The translations under genes and the position numbers were made by a program. From contig SMSO01000031.1 of the NCBI GenBank assembly GCA_004764695.1, forward strand, positions 3,324,436 through 3,388,435: a stretch of 64,000 nt of DNA, read 5' to 3'. The stretch comes from Schizochytrium sp. TIO01 (taxonomy: Eukaryota; Protista; Bigyra: Labyrinthulomycetes). Of this stretch, positions 12,101 through 22,061 are shown piece after piece (the stretch's first letter is position 1; every line of letters begins with the position of its first letter). Below the pieces are notes generated by a model. That model did not search any database. It was not told where the DNA came from and saw nothing but the letters and a program-made list of their open reading frames with translations.

Positions 12101-13381
12101 GGTCGTAAGCAATCAAACACTCAAGCTTCAATGACAAGAACGGATTAAAACAAGCTTTGAAGTTGATGATTGGGGTATATTTGTGTTCTCGCCCCCCCTT
12201 CAAACCCGCTCCAAAGGGCTTGCGCTCTCAGCCGTGGTAAATCGAAGGAGCCCAAAGACCACCGACTCAGCCGACGCTGATGCCTTCCTACCCAAAGCAG
12301 ACGGATGAGAATATAAGCACGAAGGCTTTCCCTTAGACCTCCTCAAGCCAAACCATTCAACGACTGGTACTTTCAATTGTACAGCGCACGGAGCGCCCTT
12401 TCCAAGAGACCTTCTTGATTTAAGGAAAATACTCTCGATTTCCATCATCTTCTTCTGCCGTCTGCTACGGTTGTAATCATAGGGCCCTAATATTACAATT
12501 TTAACTACCATACTAGTATAAAATGAAGTACTATTTAGCATGACCTTTTCTCTTTGCTTTTCTTTTTTCTTTTCTTCTATTAAGTAGGCACTATGTAAGT
12601 ACTATGGGTTGCGAAGCGTGTAAAAAACTAACACAAAATGCCGCGGGATCCTCGCGCCAGAGCGTCATAAAATGTTCAGGACTGATTGACTTGCTGACCC
12701 GAGTAGTGACGACATATACGTTGACTTGAGTTCAACCTTCAATGTCCCTAGACGAGTATCGGAAAACCGATATCTATTTCCGATATGGAAAATGGAGCAT
12801 TTTTAATTCATTTATTTTACAAACTGAGTCGAATAGGCCAGTTCATAGATTCTCGCTCTCTTACTACGAGCATCAATTCGCATGTGTCAATCCCATAAAA
12901 CTTCAGAGAATAAATTGGAATACTGCACTTTAAAAAAAGGAATTAAAAAAATCATTGCAACAAAGACATCTCAACCTTGTCCATATCGCTGATGGTCAGG
13001 GAATAGGTTCGTTTCACGCAATTTTGATGCACCCTTAGCCTGCTATTTGGTTCAGAGTTAGCTTATAGATCATAGACCATGGGAATGCTATCACCAACTT
13101 TCTTAAACGCATCAAATTACTGAACTATCTTCGGCCAAACCCTTTCTGATGAACCCCCGAACTACCTCCATTAGTCCCGAGATCGTAACGGATATTTATT
13201 TATAAAGTCATCTCAAAATAAGCATTTTGTGGAAAATATAGAATACGAGTGTTTTTCTCACCATTTACAATGTGGCAAAGTACTCGATAAAGGAGGCTTC
13301 TTGTAGCAAGGGGAATCAGCGGGAGTTAGAGAAAGCAAAAAGGGCTTGTTATGCAAACAAGAGCCCAGTTTTGAGTGCCCT

Positions 13382-15277
13382 ATGGAGGTGGTGTCTCAGC
13401 AGGTATGTAGCAAATTGCGACGTGACTTATTACCTATCGTAGAGGAGTCACGCCAACAGGTTCACCATCTACTGAAACTTATCAATGACCGAAAGCAAGG
13501 CGAAAGAGTCCGCACGCAGCTGCTTCAAAAATGGGAAGGGAAAGTATCACCACTTCAACTCTTGGAAAGCTTGAGGCCACCTTTATATGAACGAGACATC
13601 AACACCCCAGCCATCTGCCTTTGGATGATATTGCGGTCATCGATTGGCAGACGTCGTTTCCAACTTCAAAGAGAGCTGTACGATTCCTCTCTTAACACAA
13701 TTGCTCGTCTCGAGCGTATGAACATTTTCCTTGAGCAAGAGAAAGGTCTTGCCAAACGTTACCTCCAAAACAATGATCTTCATGACCTAAGATTTCGGCT
13801 CCAAAGACATCTTTCCAAGCGAGAAGGGTTCGTGAGGAGCAGCATTTCGTTCAATACTGACGCCTTCATTGACGCCCAATTCCTCGCCGAGACCTTAGCA
13901 GATGCGAAGCCAAGATTAGCTAAAGTTTTGAAAGAACAATATGATGCTTTTGATGCACTGGAAACTAAGTGTATGGCAGAGGCTCTAATTTATCTCCAGC
14001 GTTACTTTCGGCGGCAAGTGTGGCAACGAAAGTTTTCATTACTTCTATTTAAACGCAGAGAACAGAAACGCAGAGTGCGAAGGTCGCGTCGTCTCTTTGT
14101 GGAGCGAGCACTCATGCGGCGAGAGGACCAAAGCGCAAAACGCATGCAACAAGCACATAGAGCAGCAAGTATGTTCCAAAAATTACTTCGTGCTCATCTT
14201 TATCGTATTCACCAACCAAAACGTAAAACAGAACGGCCAACAAGCCATTCATTACTTGAAGAAAACAAACGTGAACTAACCGGAGCTCAGCGAAAGAAAC
14301 TTGAAGAAGAGCGTCGTCAAGATGAAGCGATCAAAGCCAAGTTAAGAGCTGAAATTGAGTCTGAAAAAAGACTAGCAGCTTGGCGTTGCGAGGACTGTGC
14401 TAAGCTCAGCATGCCCACAAAACGTTTTAAAACATGGAAAGACGTTGACGAGCACATCCAGGGCCACAAGATGCTCCAGGAGAGAAAAATGACAGTCAAG
14501 CTGCTAAAAGAATCTACACGTCTGGATCGTCTTGACTTTAACCTAAAAAAGGAAGCTACGTTTCTGAATCTTCTCAAGCAGTCTCGTCATGAACGTCACA
14601 GGACCCGATATTCCGTTGTCCTTGTAGCTTGGCATAGCAATGTGGAAACTGAGAACAATAAAGAAACCGGAGATTTACTTCTCAATGAAGAAAAATTGCC
14701 ACGGCCTCCACTCCTCGGGGCTTTGAGTGAAGAACTTTCAATACAGGACAGAGTTTTAGGCTCTAAGATTTTTAAATTAGAGGATGGGGAAAACCTTTGC
14801 GGACGTGATCGCCGTCGAGCACGGGTGCGGATTGATTCTTCGAAGTATCCAAAATTAATTTCAAAGCGACACGCTCTTATTATTGTAGAAAGACCTGATG
14901 AAAGTTCAGACTCTGATATTGAAGATGGTTCCGTAGTGGAAGATGAGGAGGAAAGGCTAACAGATGGCAGCTCGTCAACTCATCCCGGTGTGCAAATCAG
15001 CGAAAACTACTTGCGTACAGATACAAACCAAGACGGGGGTGAAAATAGAATCAAATTTTTCCGTAGTGGCCTTAAGGTGCATCTTATTGATTTGAATAGT
15101 ACTAATCGTACTAGTGTGAATGGAGTCGTTATTGACCCCGACACCCCGGTAAGGCTTTGTCCAGGCGACACCGTAGCCTTTGGAGTTTGTCCAGACAATG
15201 AAGACCTTAATGGAAAGACCGACGTAGTCTACCAAGTACGATTGCTAGATAACTTCACCAACGTTATTGACCCGTAG
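13382..15277 (+). CDS. IQ-motif, C2H2 zinc-finger and FHA-domain protein
   Basis: IQ-like ALIYLQRYFRRQVWQR and AASMFQKLLRAHLYR; CEDC-x18-HIQGH finger; C-terminal FHA motifs CGRD, ISKRHA, DLNSTNRTSVNG, LCPGDTVAFG. First ATG at 13382. Confidence 0.85.
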   Translation: MEVVSQQVCSKLRRDLLPIVEESRQQVHHLLKLINDRKQGERVRTQLLQKWEGKVSPLQLLESLRPPLYERDINTPAICLWMILRSSIGRRRFQLQRELYDSSLNTIARLERMNIFLEQEKGLAKRYLQNNDLHDLRFRLQRHLSKREGFVRSSISFNTDAFIDAQFLAETLADAKPRLAKVLKEQYDAFDALETKCMAEALIYLQRYFRRQVWQRKFSLLLFKRREQKRRVRRSRRLFVERALMRREDQSAKRMQQAHRAASMFQKLLRAHLYRIHQPKRKTERPTSHSLLEENKRELTGAQRKKLEEERRQDEAIKAKLRAEIESEKRLAAWRCEDCAKLSMPTKRFKTWKDVDEHIQGHKMLQERKMTVKLLKESTRLDRLDFNLKKEATFLNLLKQSRHERHRTRYSVVLVAWHSNVETENNKETGDLLLNEEKLPRPPLLGALSEELSIQDRVLGSKIFKLEDGENLCGRDRRRARVRIDSSKYPKLISKRHALIIVERPDESSDSDIEDGSVVEDEEERLTDGSSSTHPGVQISENYLRTDTNQDGGENRIKFFRSGLKVHLIDLNSTNRTSVNGVVIDPDTPVRLCPGDTVAFGVCPDNEDLNGKTDVVYQVRLLDNFTNVIDP

Positions 15278-15525
15278 TATTGTAAAGTATAGTTTTTTAC
15301 AAAAGTATTTTCTTAAAGGTTCAGAACGACTCATGCTCATGGACAAGGCAGCGCCAATAAAAGCGAAAATGCAAGAAATTGTATAGATGTAGTGGGAGGC
15401 AACTGAAGAGGAGAAAAAGAAATGCAATAACACGTTGAAAATTGTCTATAATGGTAAGAAAGATACTCGATCCAGGGACTTCCCAATACAAAATTAGGCA
15501 GGGGGTTAGGAATGTGACGATGAAA

Positions 15526-18021
15526 TTATTTACGAACCTTCTTGGAGCGGCGACGAATCTTTTGCACAGTCTTCTTGTTGCGTTCGAGCGTTTTAATGTG
15601 TTTCTTGAGCTGCATCTGCTGCTCACGGAATGAAGATACGGTCTTGCGTTGAACCTTGCGCGACTTTTGAACCATGAGGAAGTTTTTGTTCTTGTTCTTC
15701 TCTGAGTTGTTGCTACCACCAAGGCGCTTGTTTTGCAGCTGATGAGCACCGTTGCGGCCCTCGTATACAGAGGCAAGACGCTCGGCAAGCTCACGACGGC
15801 GCTTACGAACGACACCCTCGAGGTTGCTAGGATCGAAGGAACCATCGTTGCCCTCAGCTTCTTCCTCTTCATCCTCCTCCTCGGATGAGGACTGGTCGGA
15901 GGCGAAAGGATCGTCGTCGCTCTCAATTTCACCGTCGTCGAGTCCCTCAACTTCGAAGCCTTGCGAAGCGAGCTGTTTGAGTACCATGCTGCGTTTGTAA
16001 GATGCCTCACGCTTACGCTCAACACGGCGACGTGCGCGAGGATCACGCTTCTCCTTTTCAAGCTTGGCCTTGAGCTTGCGGATGCGCGCAAAATCTTCTT
16101 CTGTGAAGATGCGGTGAGCATCGATACGGTCCTTCTGATCAATCTTGCTCTTGCGGAGCTTCTCGAGCAGAGTTTCATCCTTAGCAGAGAGCTTTCCCTC
16201 TTCTTCTTCTTCGTCATCATCTTCCTCCATTTCCTCATCCTCATCATCCTCTTCGCCTTCCTCTTCCTCCTCTTCTTCAGCATTACTGTCAGAACGACGA
16301 CGTTTCTTTGACTTGCGAGTGGAGTCCTTCTCTTCCTCCTCGTCCTCCTCTTCCTCGTCCTCTTCCTCTTCCTCCTCTTCCTCGTCCTCTTCCTCTTCCT
16401 CCTCTTCGTCCTCTTCATCTTCAACCTCCTCCATCTCGTCATCCTCATCTTCTTCGTCGCTTTCTTCGTTTTGGGCGCGCAAGGCCGCCTCCTCCTCGAG
16501 AAGCTGCAAAAGCTCCGCACCGTCCACACCTTCTGCAACCTTGGACTCACCGTAAGCAAGGACCTTATCGACCTCATTGCGGAACTTGCCTCTTTCGCGG
16601 CGCTGGAGAATAGTCGGGTTGATCTCGCGGAGGGCATTAAGAAGGCTGCGTGCAGCGATGATAACGCTCTTGTCGCGTCTGTAGGCTTTGTAGTCCACGA
16701 GATCTTGGAAGAAGTCGTCCATACCTTCGCCAGTTGTGAGCAAAGGCACCTTGGTCACGAGCTCGCGGATGGTGTTGAGACCGACAGCCATATGCTCTGC
16801 ACCAGAGCGATCGTTGATGAAGTTGTTTGCGATATGCTTGGCGACAGGCTCGAGCTCCTCGTTGGGGACGAGCTCGTGCGAGGCCTGGATCAGGTACGCG
16901 AGGATGTTAGTCACATGACGCTGGTGCGGCGTCAAGTATCGTTGGACAAAACTGTAAAACGACAGCATGATGAGTTTGTGGTGACCCACGACACGACTGA
17001 TGAGGTTCATCATCAATAGACGCACCTCAAAGTGATCATTGGAGCCCCTGAGCTTCTTAAACAGTTTCTCGCAGAATCCCTGCGGATCACTAAGAAGATC
17101 GATTGCAGGAAACCGAGGTGCTGCCACTCGTCGATGCTCTGCGGTAGATGAAGAGGTCACCTCCCGGGCAGCGAGCTTTGCCAGGCGTGCCTTTTTAAGC
17201 GCTTTATCTTCCTTTTCCTTCTTACGGAGCCGCGAGCGAGTCTTCTTGGAGTAGTTACGCGAGGTTTTTTGAGCTGCACGCTCAAGCTTATCGCGAGATT
17301 TTCCGGTCGAGGCCTCAAGCGCTTCTTCAATAACGTCATCCTCCTCCTCATCCTGGAGCGCATCGATTTTGTCGTCAATGCCCAGGAAGAACTGCAGGCC
17401 AATAGCGACGTTCTTGGGCTGGTTCGAAATACAGGCGTCTGCAATCATGTTCACTGTACGAGAGTCGGTCCACACGCGGCGCTTGTAGAGATCGACCATG
17501 ACTTGGAGCGACCGCTTTGCTGCGACAGAGCTAGGGTCTTCGAGCATGCTGAAAACGACATTCTGGACTTCGCGGTTAAGCTTGTGGTTGGAAGCCTTCT
17601 TGTTGATGTTGCGCACGTCAGCAACGATGTGTTTATAGAGAATATCACGTAAGTTCTTATCGCGGCATCTGAACAGCGAGAAGCACATAGAGATGAGCTC
17701 AACAGGGTCCAGTTGGTTGCGATTCCGAAGCAGAATCAAGGCCTGAAGGAGCGTTCTACGCAATTCGGGGTCCATGGCATCGTAGGACTTCTCCAGAAGA
17801 CCCTTCACAGACTGGGCAAAGCGATGTCCATCTTCAGGGTACAAGTTCGCGACCTGGCTCAGGAATGTCACCAAGCGTCCAAACTCTTTCGAGTCCTTCG
17901 GCGGTGACAGCTCAAAAATGCTCAACTGGGCATCAAAGGTCCGCAGTTGCTGCTGGAACTCCGCCTCGTACGCCTGAGGCGCCCGCTTCACCTTATTCTG
18001 AAGCAGAGCGAGGCTGAACAT
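15526..18021 (-). CDS. SDA1: SDA1 / SDAD1, 60S ribosome biogenesis and export factor, 831 aa
   Basis: LQNKVKRAPQAYEAEF N-terminus; LLMMNLISRVVGHH; YLTPHQRHVT..L..Q(A)SHELVP; VGLNTIRE; acidic tract; C-terminal NSEKNKNKNFLM. Strong codon bias. Confidence 0.95.
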   Translation of the reverse strand: MFSLALLQNKVKRAPQAYEAEFQQQLRTFDAQLSIFELSPPKDSKEFGRLVTFLSQVANLYPEDGHRFAQSVKGLLEKSYDAMDPELRRTLLQALILLRNRNQLDPVELISMCFSLFRCRDKNLRDILYKHIVADVRNINKKASNHKLNREVQNVVFSMLEDPSSVAAKRSLQVMVDLYKRRVWTDSRTVNMIADACISNQPKNVAIGLQFFLGIDDKIDALQDEEEDDVIEEALEASTGKSRDKLERAAQKTSRNYSKKTRSRLRKKEKEDKALKKARLAKLAAREVTSSSTAEHRRVAAPRFPAIDLLSDPQGFCEKLFKKLRGSNDHFEVRLLMMNLISRVVGHHKLIMLSFYSFVQRYLTPHQRHVTNILAYLIQASHELVPNEELEPVAKHIANNFINDRSGAEHMAVGLNTIRELVTKVPLLTTGEGMDDFFQDLVDYKAYRRDKSVIIAARSLLNALREINPTILQRRERGKFRNEVDKVLAYGESKVAEGVDGAELLQLLEEEAALRAQNEESDEEDEDDEMEEVEDEEDEEEEEEEDEEEEEEEEDEEEEDEEEEKDSTRKSKKRRRSDSNAEEEEEEEGEEDDEDEEMEEDDDEEEEEGKLSAKDETLLEKLRKSKIDQKDRIDAHRIFTEEDFARIRKLKAKLEKEKRDPRARRRVERKREASYKRSMVLKQLASQGFEVEGLDDGEIESDDDPFASDQSSSEEEDEEEEAEGNDGSFDPSNLEGVVRKRRRELAERLASVYEGRNGAHQLQNKRLGGSNNSEKNKNKNFLMVQKSRKVQRKTVSSFREQQMQLKKHIKTLERNKKTVQKIRRRSKKVRK

Positions 18022-19784
18022 CGTGCCTCAAACAACCTCAAACCCAGAACACCCACGCCTCGGGCGCGACCTGTCTGGACAGTTCTTGGGCTTTGCTGCT
18101 CTTTACGGAGCTCTCGCGAGCCTTTCATTCATTCACTCATTCACTTCATTTAGTGTTTTTTCTCCCTCTTTTACTAATTAAAATTCTAACAAACCAATAG
18201 TAAAGAATGAACATTACAAATGCCTATACTTTCATTTTCTGAGCACCATTCTCATTCACTCCTCACCTCCAAGTCACTTAATTCCTTTTACGCACTGGCC
18301 GCAATGCGCTCCTTTCTATAACCTATTATGCCCCACTCTGGAGTATTCGCAGCCTCGCAATAGTGAACAAGACAAAATGACCTCGCCTCGTGCTGTTTCC
18401 GCCTCTTTCGATTCCTTTTCTCTCCGCCACCAGCGATTGTCCCGGCGAAATAAGGGGGTCGGAGATACTTCGAGACTCCTCATAAACCAATTCAAAAAAA
18501 CCTCGGCGAAAGCTCTTAGATTCAGAACCACCGAGGAACTCCCTCGTACCATGCTGAGAATAGGCTTTGTTAGCTGGGGCTAGGGGCATATTGTGCCGAG
18601 TCCGGTAATAGACGTTCCCATTTTCTTGCAGAATACAATTATTAAGCAAATAAGAACGCAATTATTATCAGACTCAATTATGCAAATTCATAGCAGCGAA
18701 GAGCAACTCTTAAGTTGGCGGGTCTTCAATTCCTCATCCTGTTGAAGATTGAGCGTTTTGGAAAGCCGTGCGGCCTATTGAGCATGGAAGCAACTCCCTA
18801 AGTCGCTAGCGGTGTTCATGTTTGTCCTCGAAGGCCTCTAAATGATGAGCAGGCTTGGTAAATAGAGCGAAAAGGTGAGTGAGGAAGTCTTAGCATCTAC
18901 TGGCTCCTGGGAAGTGAAGGGAAGAGAGGGAGGGGGGCAGTGTAACAACGGCCAAGTTAGAACCCCCTTTTATGACCGCTGTCCTTTACAAAGCTATTCA
19001 TGAATGACTTCCTTCGTACCCCTCATTCGAAAGGGCTTGTTCCTGAGTCTTTTAATTAAAATAGGTACGGTGCGTTGTGTGACCAGTTTGTTATAAACGG
19101 GTACTAGAAACGAAGAGATCGCATGAGCCTTCACTGCTGTGAACTGGTGTCGAAAATTGGCGTTGTTGATTCAGGAGAGACGTGGATGACTTATGTATGT
19201 ATACGTAGATTAACCTTTTCTGCTGTCACAGATGTTCTTCTATAAAATTCAACCCGTGGATACGATGGACCTATCGACCATTCTCCTGTAGTTTGCATAA
19301 CACGATAAGCTGAAGGGGTAACTAGTAAGACTATGTCAAATTCCGAATCCCTTCCTTCGAGTCGTGGTGGCTTGTGACTGTGTCTTCAAAATATCTTCGC
19401 GTTGAAGGATTTCGTTTTCTCTGGCTTTTCTAGGCCTCTATTCAGTTCTATTGCTAATTTGGGTATGCAACACACCTCCTAACTTTCACCCTAGGAGTCT
19501 GTCTACGACTGGTTCGATTCAGTGAAGATTAGGTCACTTGGGAACATCAATCTCATATGATGATTTACTGCTTCAATAACCCATTTGGTTGTTGCACACA
19601 CGCGCTAGTATTGAGATGGGTATATTGGTCCGCGTTAAGCTGACTAGGTCCCAACTTTGTGAGTCGACTGCTTCATGAAGCAAAACCAAAACAAGAACCC
19701 ATCAAGAAGACCAAGCAGCAAATCTTGTCACCACTCCTATTACAAAGACATCTTCAAGACTTTGTCCCTTTTCCAGCAAGCAAC

Positions 19785-20123
19785 ATGGCTTCCCACAAAG
19801 ACTACTGCTACTCCACTCCTCAGCCGCAGGAGGTTGTTCAATGTGCGCCGGTAGTTCAACAGCAGTCCCCAATGCAAGGCCAATACATGGCGGTCCCTGT
19901 ATACCAACCGGTGCAACAGGGCGACCCACGCCTTACTGCTCGTGGAGTACCTGTGGAACAACAACAAGGCGGAGTTTATCAGCGTGAACGTTATTGCGGC
20001 GTTCTGTCTGTAATCATTGGCGTATTTGCTCTCCCGTGTATCTGCTGCTGCCCTGTTGATGAACGTGAAGTGTGGCAGTCACCAGAAGGCCGCCGCGTTG
20101 TGCTCAACGAGAGAACCTTTTAG
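19785..20123 (+). CDS. Small Pro/Gln-rich, Cys-rich membrane protein (BRI3/CYSTM-like), copy 1, 112 aa
   Basis: AACATGG start; P/Q-rich N-terminus; ERYCG-hydrophobic stretch-PCICCCPVDERE. Clear paralogue at 21620. Confidence 0.85.
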   Translation: MASHKDYCYSTPQPQEVVQCAPVVQQQSPMQGQYMAVPVYQPVQQGDPRLTARGVPVEQQQGGVYQRERYCGVLSVIIGVFALPCICCCPVDEREVWQSPEGRRVVLNERTF

Positions 20124-21619
20124 ATTACTTGTGTACAATGACGTGCATATGTATTATACACTAGTTATCATTCTATTCTACTAGAAAATTAAAAAATTGA
20201 AAACGTCTGATTGCTTCCCTCGTTTATGTTGTCTTGCCTGATTCAGAAACGATTGCATTCTGTGTATGTTACGTGCATTGCATCCATGCAAATAAGACGG
20301 TAGAATATATCCAATCTAATGTAATAGATGTACAAAACCTTTGGATAAATTCATATGTGCGTTGTATTTTATTGATCTATATGACTTTGATATTAAAAGA
20401 TAGAACATAGAATTGAAAGTGTTTGGGGGAGATGAAATATCATTATTTCGTTCGTTGGAAACGTAAAGCACGACTTCCACTACCCATCATTAACTTCGGA
20501 AATTATGTGCCCATACAAATAATTGAGAGCTACAATGTTTACACACATCAAGGTAGTGTTTCTAAATTTAAAGCGGTGTCGTAACATACGTATAATGTTA
20601 ACTTTTATAACTAAGCAAAATAGTTCTTTCCTGAACAGTTTCTGAGGTTTACAAGATATAGCGATTATAATTATGAGAAACGCATTTGTAAAGAATGTGA
20701 CTGTGAAATATATATGAAACGAGACTTTGATACCATGTAGTGGCGTTGACATATAATTTGTACACGGCTGCCAGGGTGATTATTCAGAAAACCTAAAACC
20801 TAATTCAGCTTAAGTCAGTTCATATAAGAGACACTTTCTTCTAACTGTTCGGCTGAAACGCACATCCTTAAAAACTTACATACCATCCCCAATGGCCTCC
20901 ATTCAGATTGGAATCAATACAAGCTTGATCATAAACACCAACGTTTGCTGACAGCAGGTTACTTGCTAAAAAGGGCAATTAAGGACTGGGTTAGGAATCA
21001 AGTCGTTCAGCACTTCCGACATAGGAGCAGATTTTTAATTCGCATAGTCCGTAAATCCAGCCAAGTCTCTAATATTGCATTCACTGGCGCTGTGTGCCTC
21101 TTGAGAAGTGGTACGATGTATTCATCTCAGCTTTGTGATAGACTGAATCAGCTCTTCCTTTCGCTGGCTTTCAGTTAAATGACTAAACCAGATGATAAAG
21201 AGAGGTTAGTTTCTTTAATTTTATAAAAATAAATTTAATTTATTTTATTTTTAAGTATGCGGATCATTTTTCAGAAAGTCCTCCACTGAACTTAGTCCCT
21301 TGGCACTTACAGGATGCGTTTTTGCGGATGCAATTCGCTCGATGTAAACCTATCTACACCTAACCCTGCTCTAACTCGCATCGTTGACTGGGAATATAGG
21401 AGGTAGTAGGCTTGCAGTATCCCAGTCTCGAGCAGATTGACGTAGTTTCGTATAGGAGCTTTGAGTACAGCAATAATTAAATTTCGACAAATCGCAATCT
21501 TGCAAGAGCAAAACCAAAACACAGAACAAGAAAGACTGTTATTTGAAAGACAAGAACATATAAGTCGAGCGCGAAAGTCAAGGTTAAAATATTCAAAGGT
21601 AAAAATATTGAACAAGAAA

Positions 21620-21949
21620 ATGTCTGTTTCAAAGGCCGAACCTGCAACGCTCGTAGGCGAGCCGGCAGAGGATGCTCATGCTCCAAGCACTCTCCTTACT
21701 TCCTCAGCACCACAGCCTGTTGCAATGCAGTGCCTACCTATGGCGCCTCCCCAGGGAGATCCACGTCTTACAGCACGAGGCGTTCCTCTTGAGCAACAAA
21801 ACGCTGGAAAATACCAGAGTGAACGTTATTGTGGTCTTCTTTCTGTTGTCATTGGGGTGTTGCTCTTCCCTTGTATTTGCTGCTGCCCTTTAGACGAGCG
21901 AGAGGTTTGGGAGTCGCCAGAGGGTAGGCGTGTAATTCTAAAAGATTAA
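21620..21949 (+). CDS. Small Cys-rich membrane protein (BRI3/CYSTM-like), copy 2, 109 aa
   Basis: Shares QGDPRLTARGVP, ERYCG, PCICCCP.DEREVW.SPEGRRV with copy 1, with many synonymous differences. Confidence 0.85.
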   Translation: MSVSKAEPATLVGEPAEDAHAPSTLLTSSAPQPVAMQCLPMAPPQGDPRLTARGVPLEQQNAGKYQSERYCGLLSVVIGVLLFPCICCCPLDEREVWESPEGRRVILKD

Positions 21950-22061
21950 TACTGATATGTAATAGATATGAAGTTATGAAATAATCTCAAGAAGACCATT
22001 ATGCAAAATTCAAAACAAAAAATAAGTTCATATCATTATTATCATTCGTGTTATTACAAAT

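Noticed and set aside
12200-12541. 113-aa minus ORF as a candidate upstream exon of CENP-N
   Set aside because: No resemblance to the CENP-N N-terminus and no convincing splice pair found; RNA data needed.
15321-17019. Long alternative-frame and antisense ORFs inside SDA1 (438 aa Arg/Lys-rich, poly-Ser, etc.)
   Set aside because: Shadows of the GAG/GAA/GAC acidic tract and codon bias.
19450-19525. tRNA-Glu-like fragments (CTTTCAC loop, GGTTCGATTC B-box)
   Set aside because: T-stem is one base short, the variable region is too long, and no acceptor stem or D-arm can be formed. At best a relic; tRNAscan-SE would settle it.
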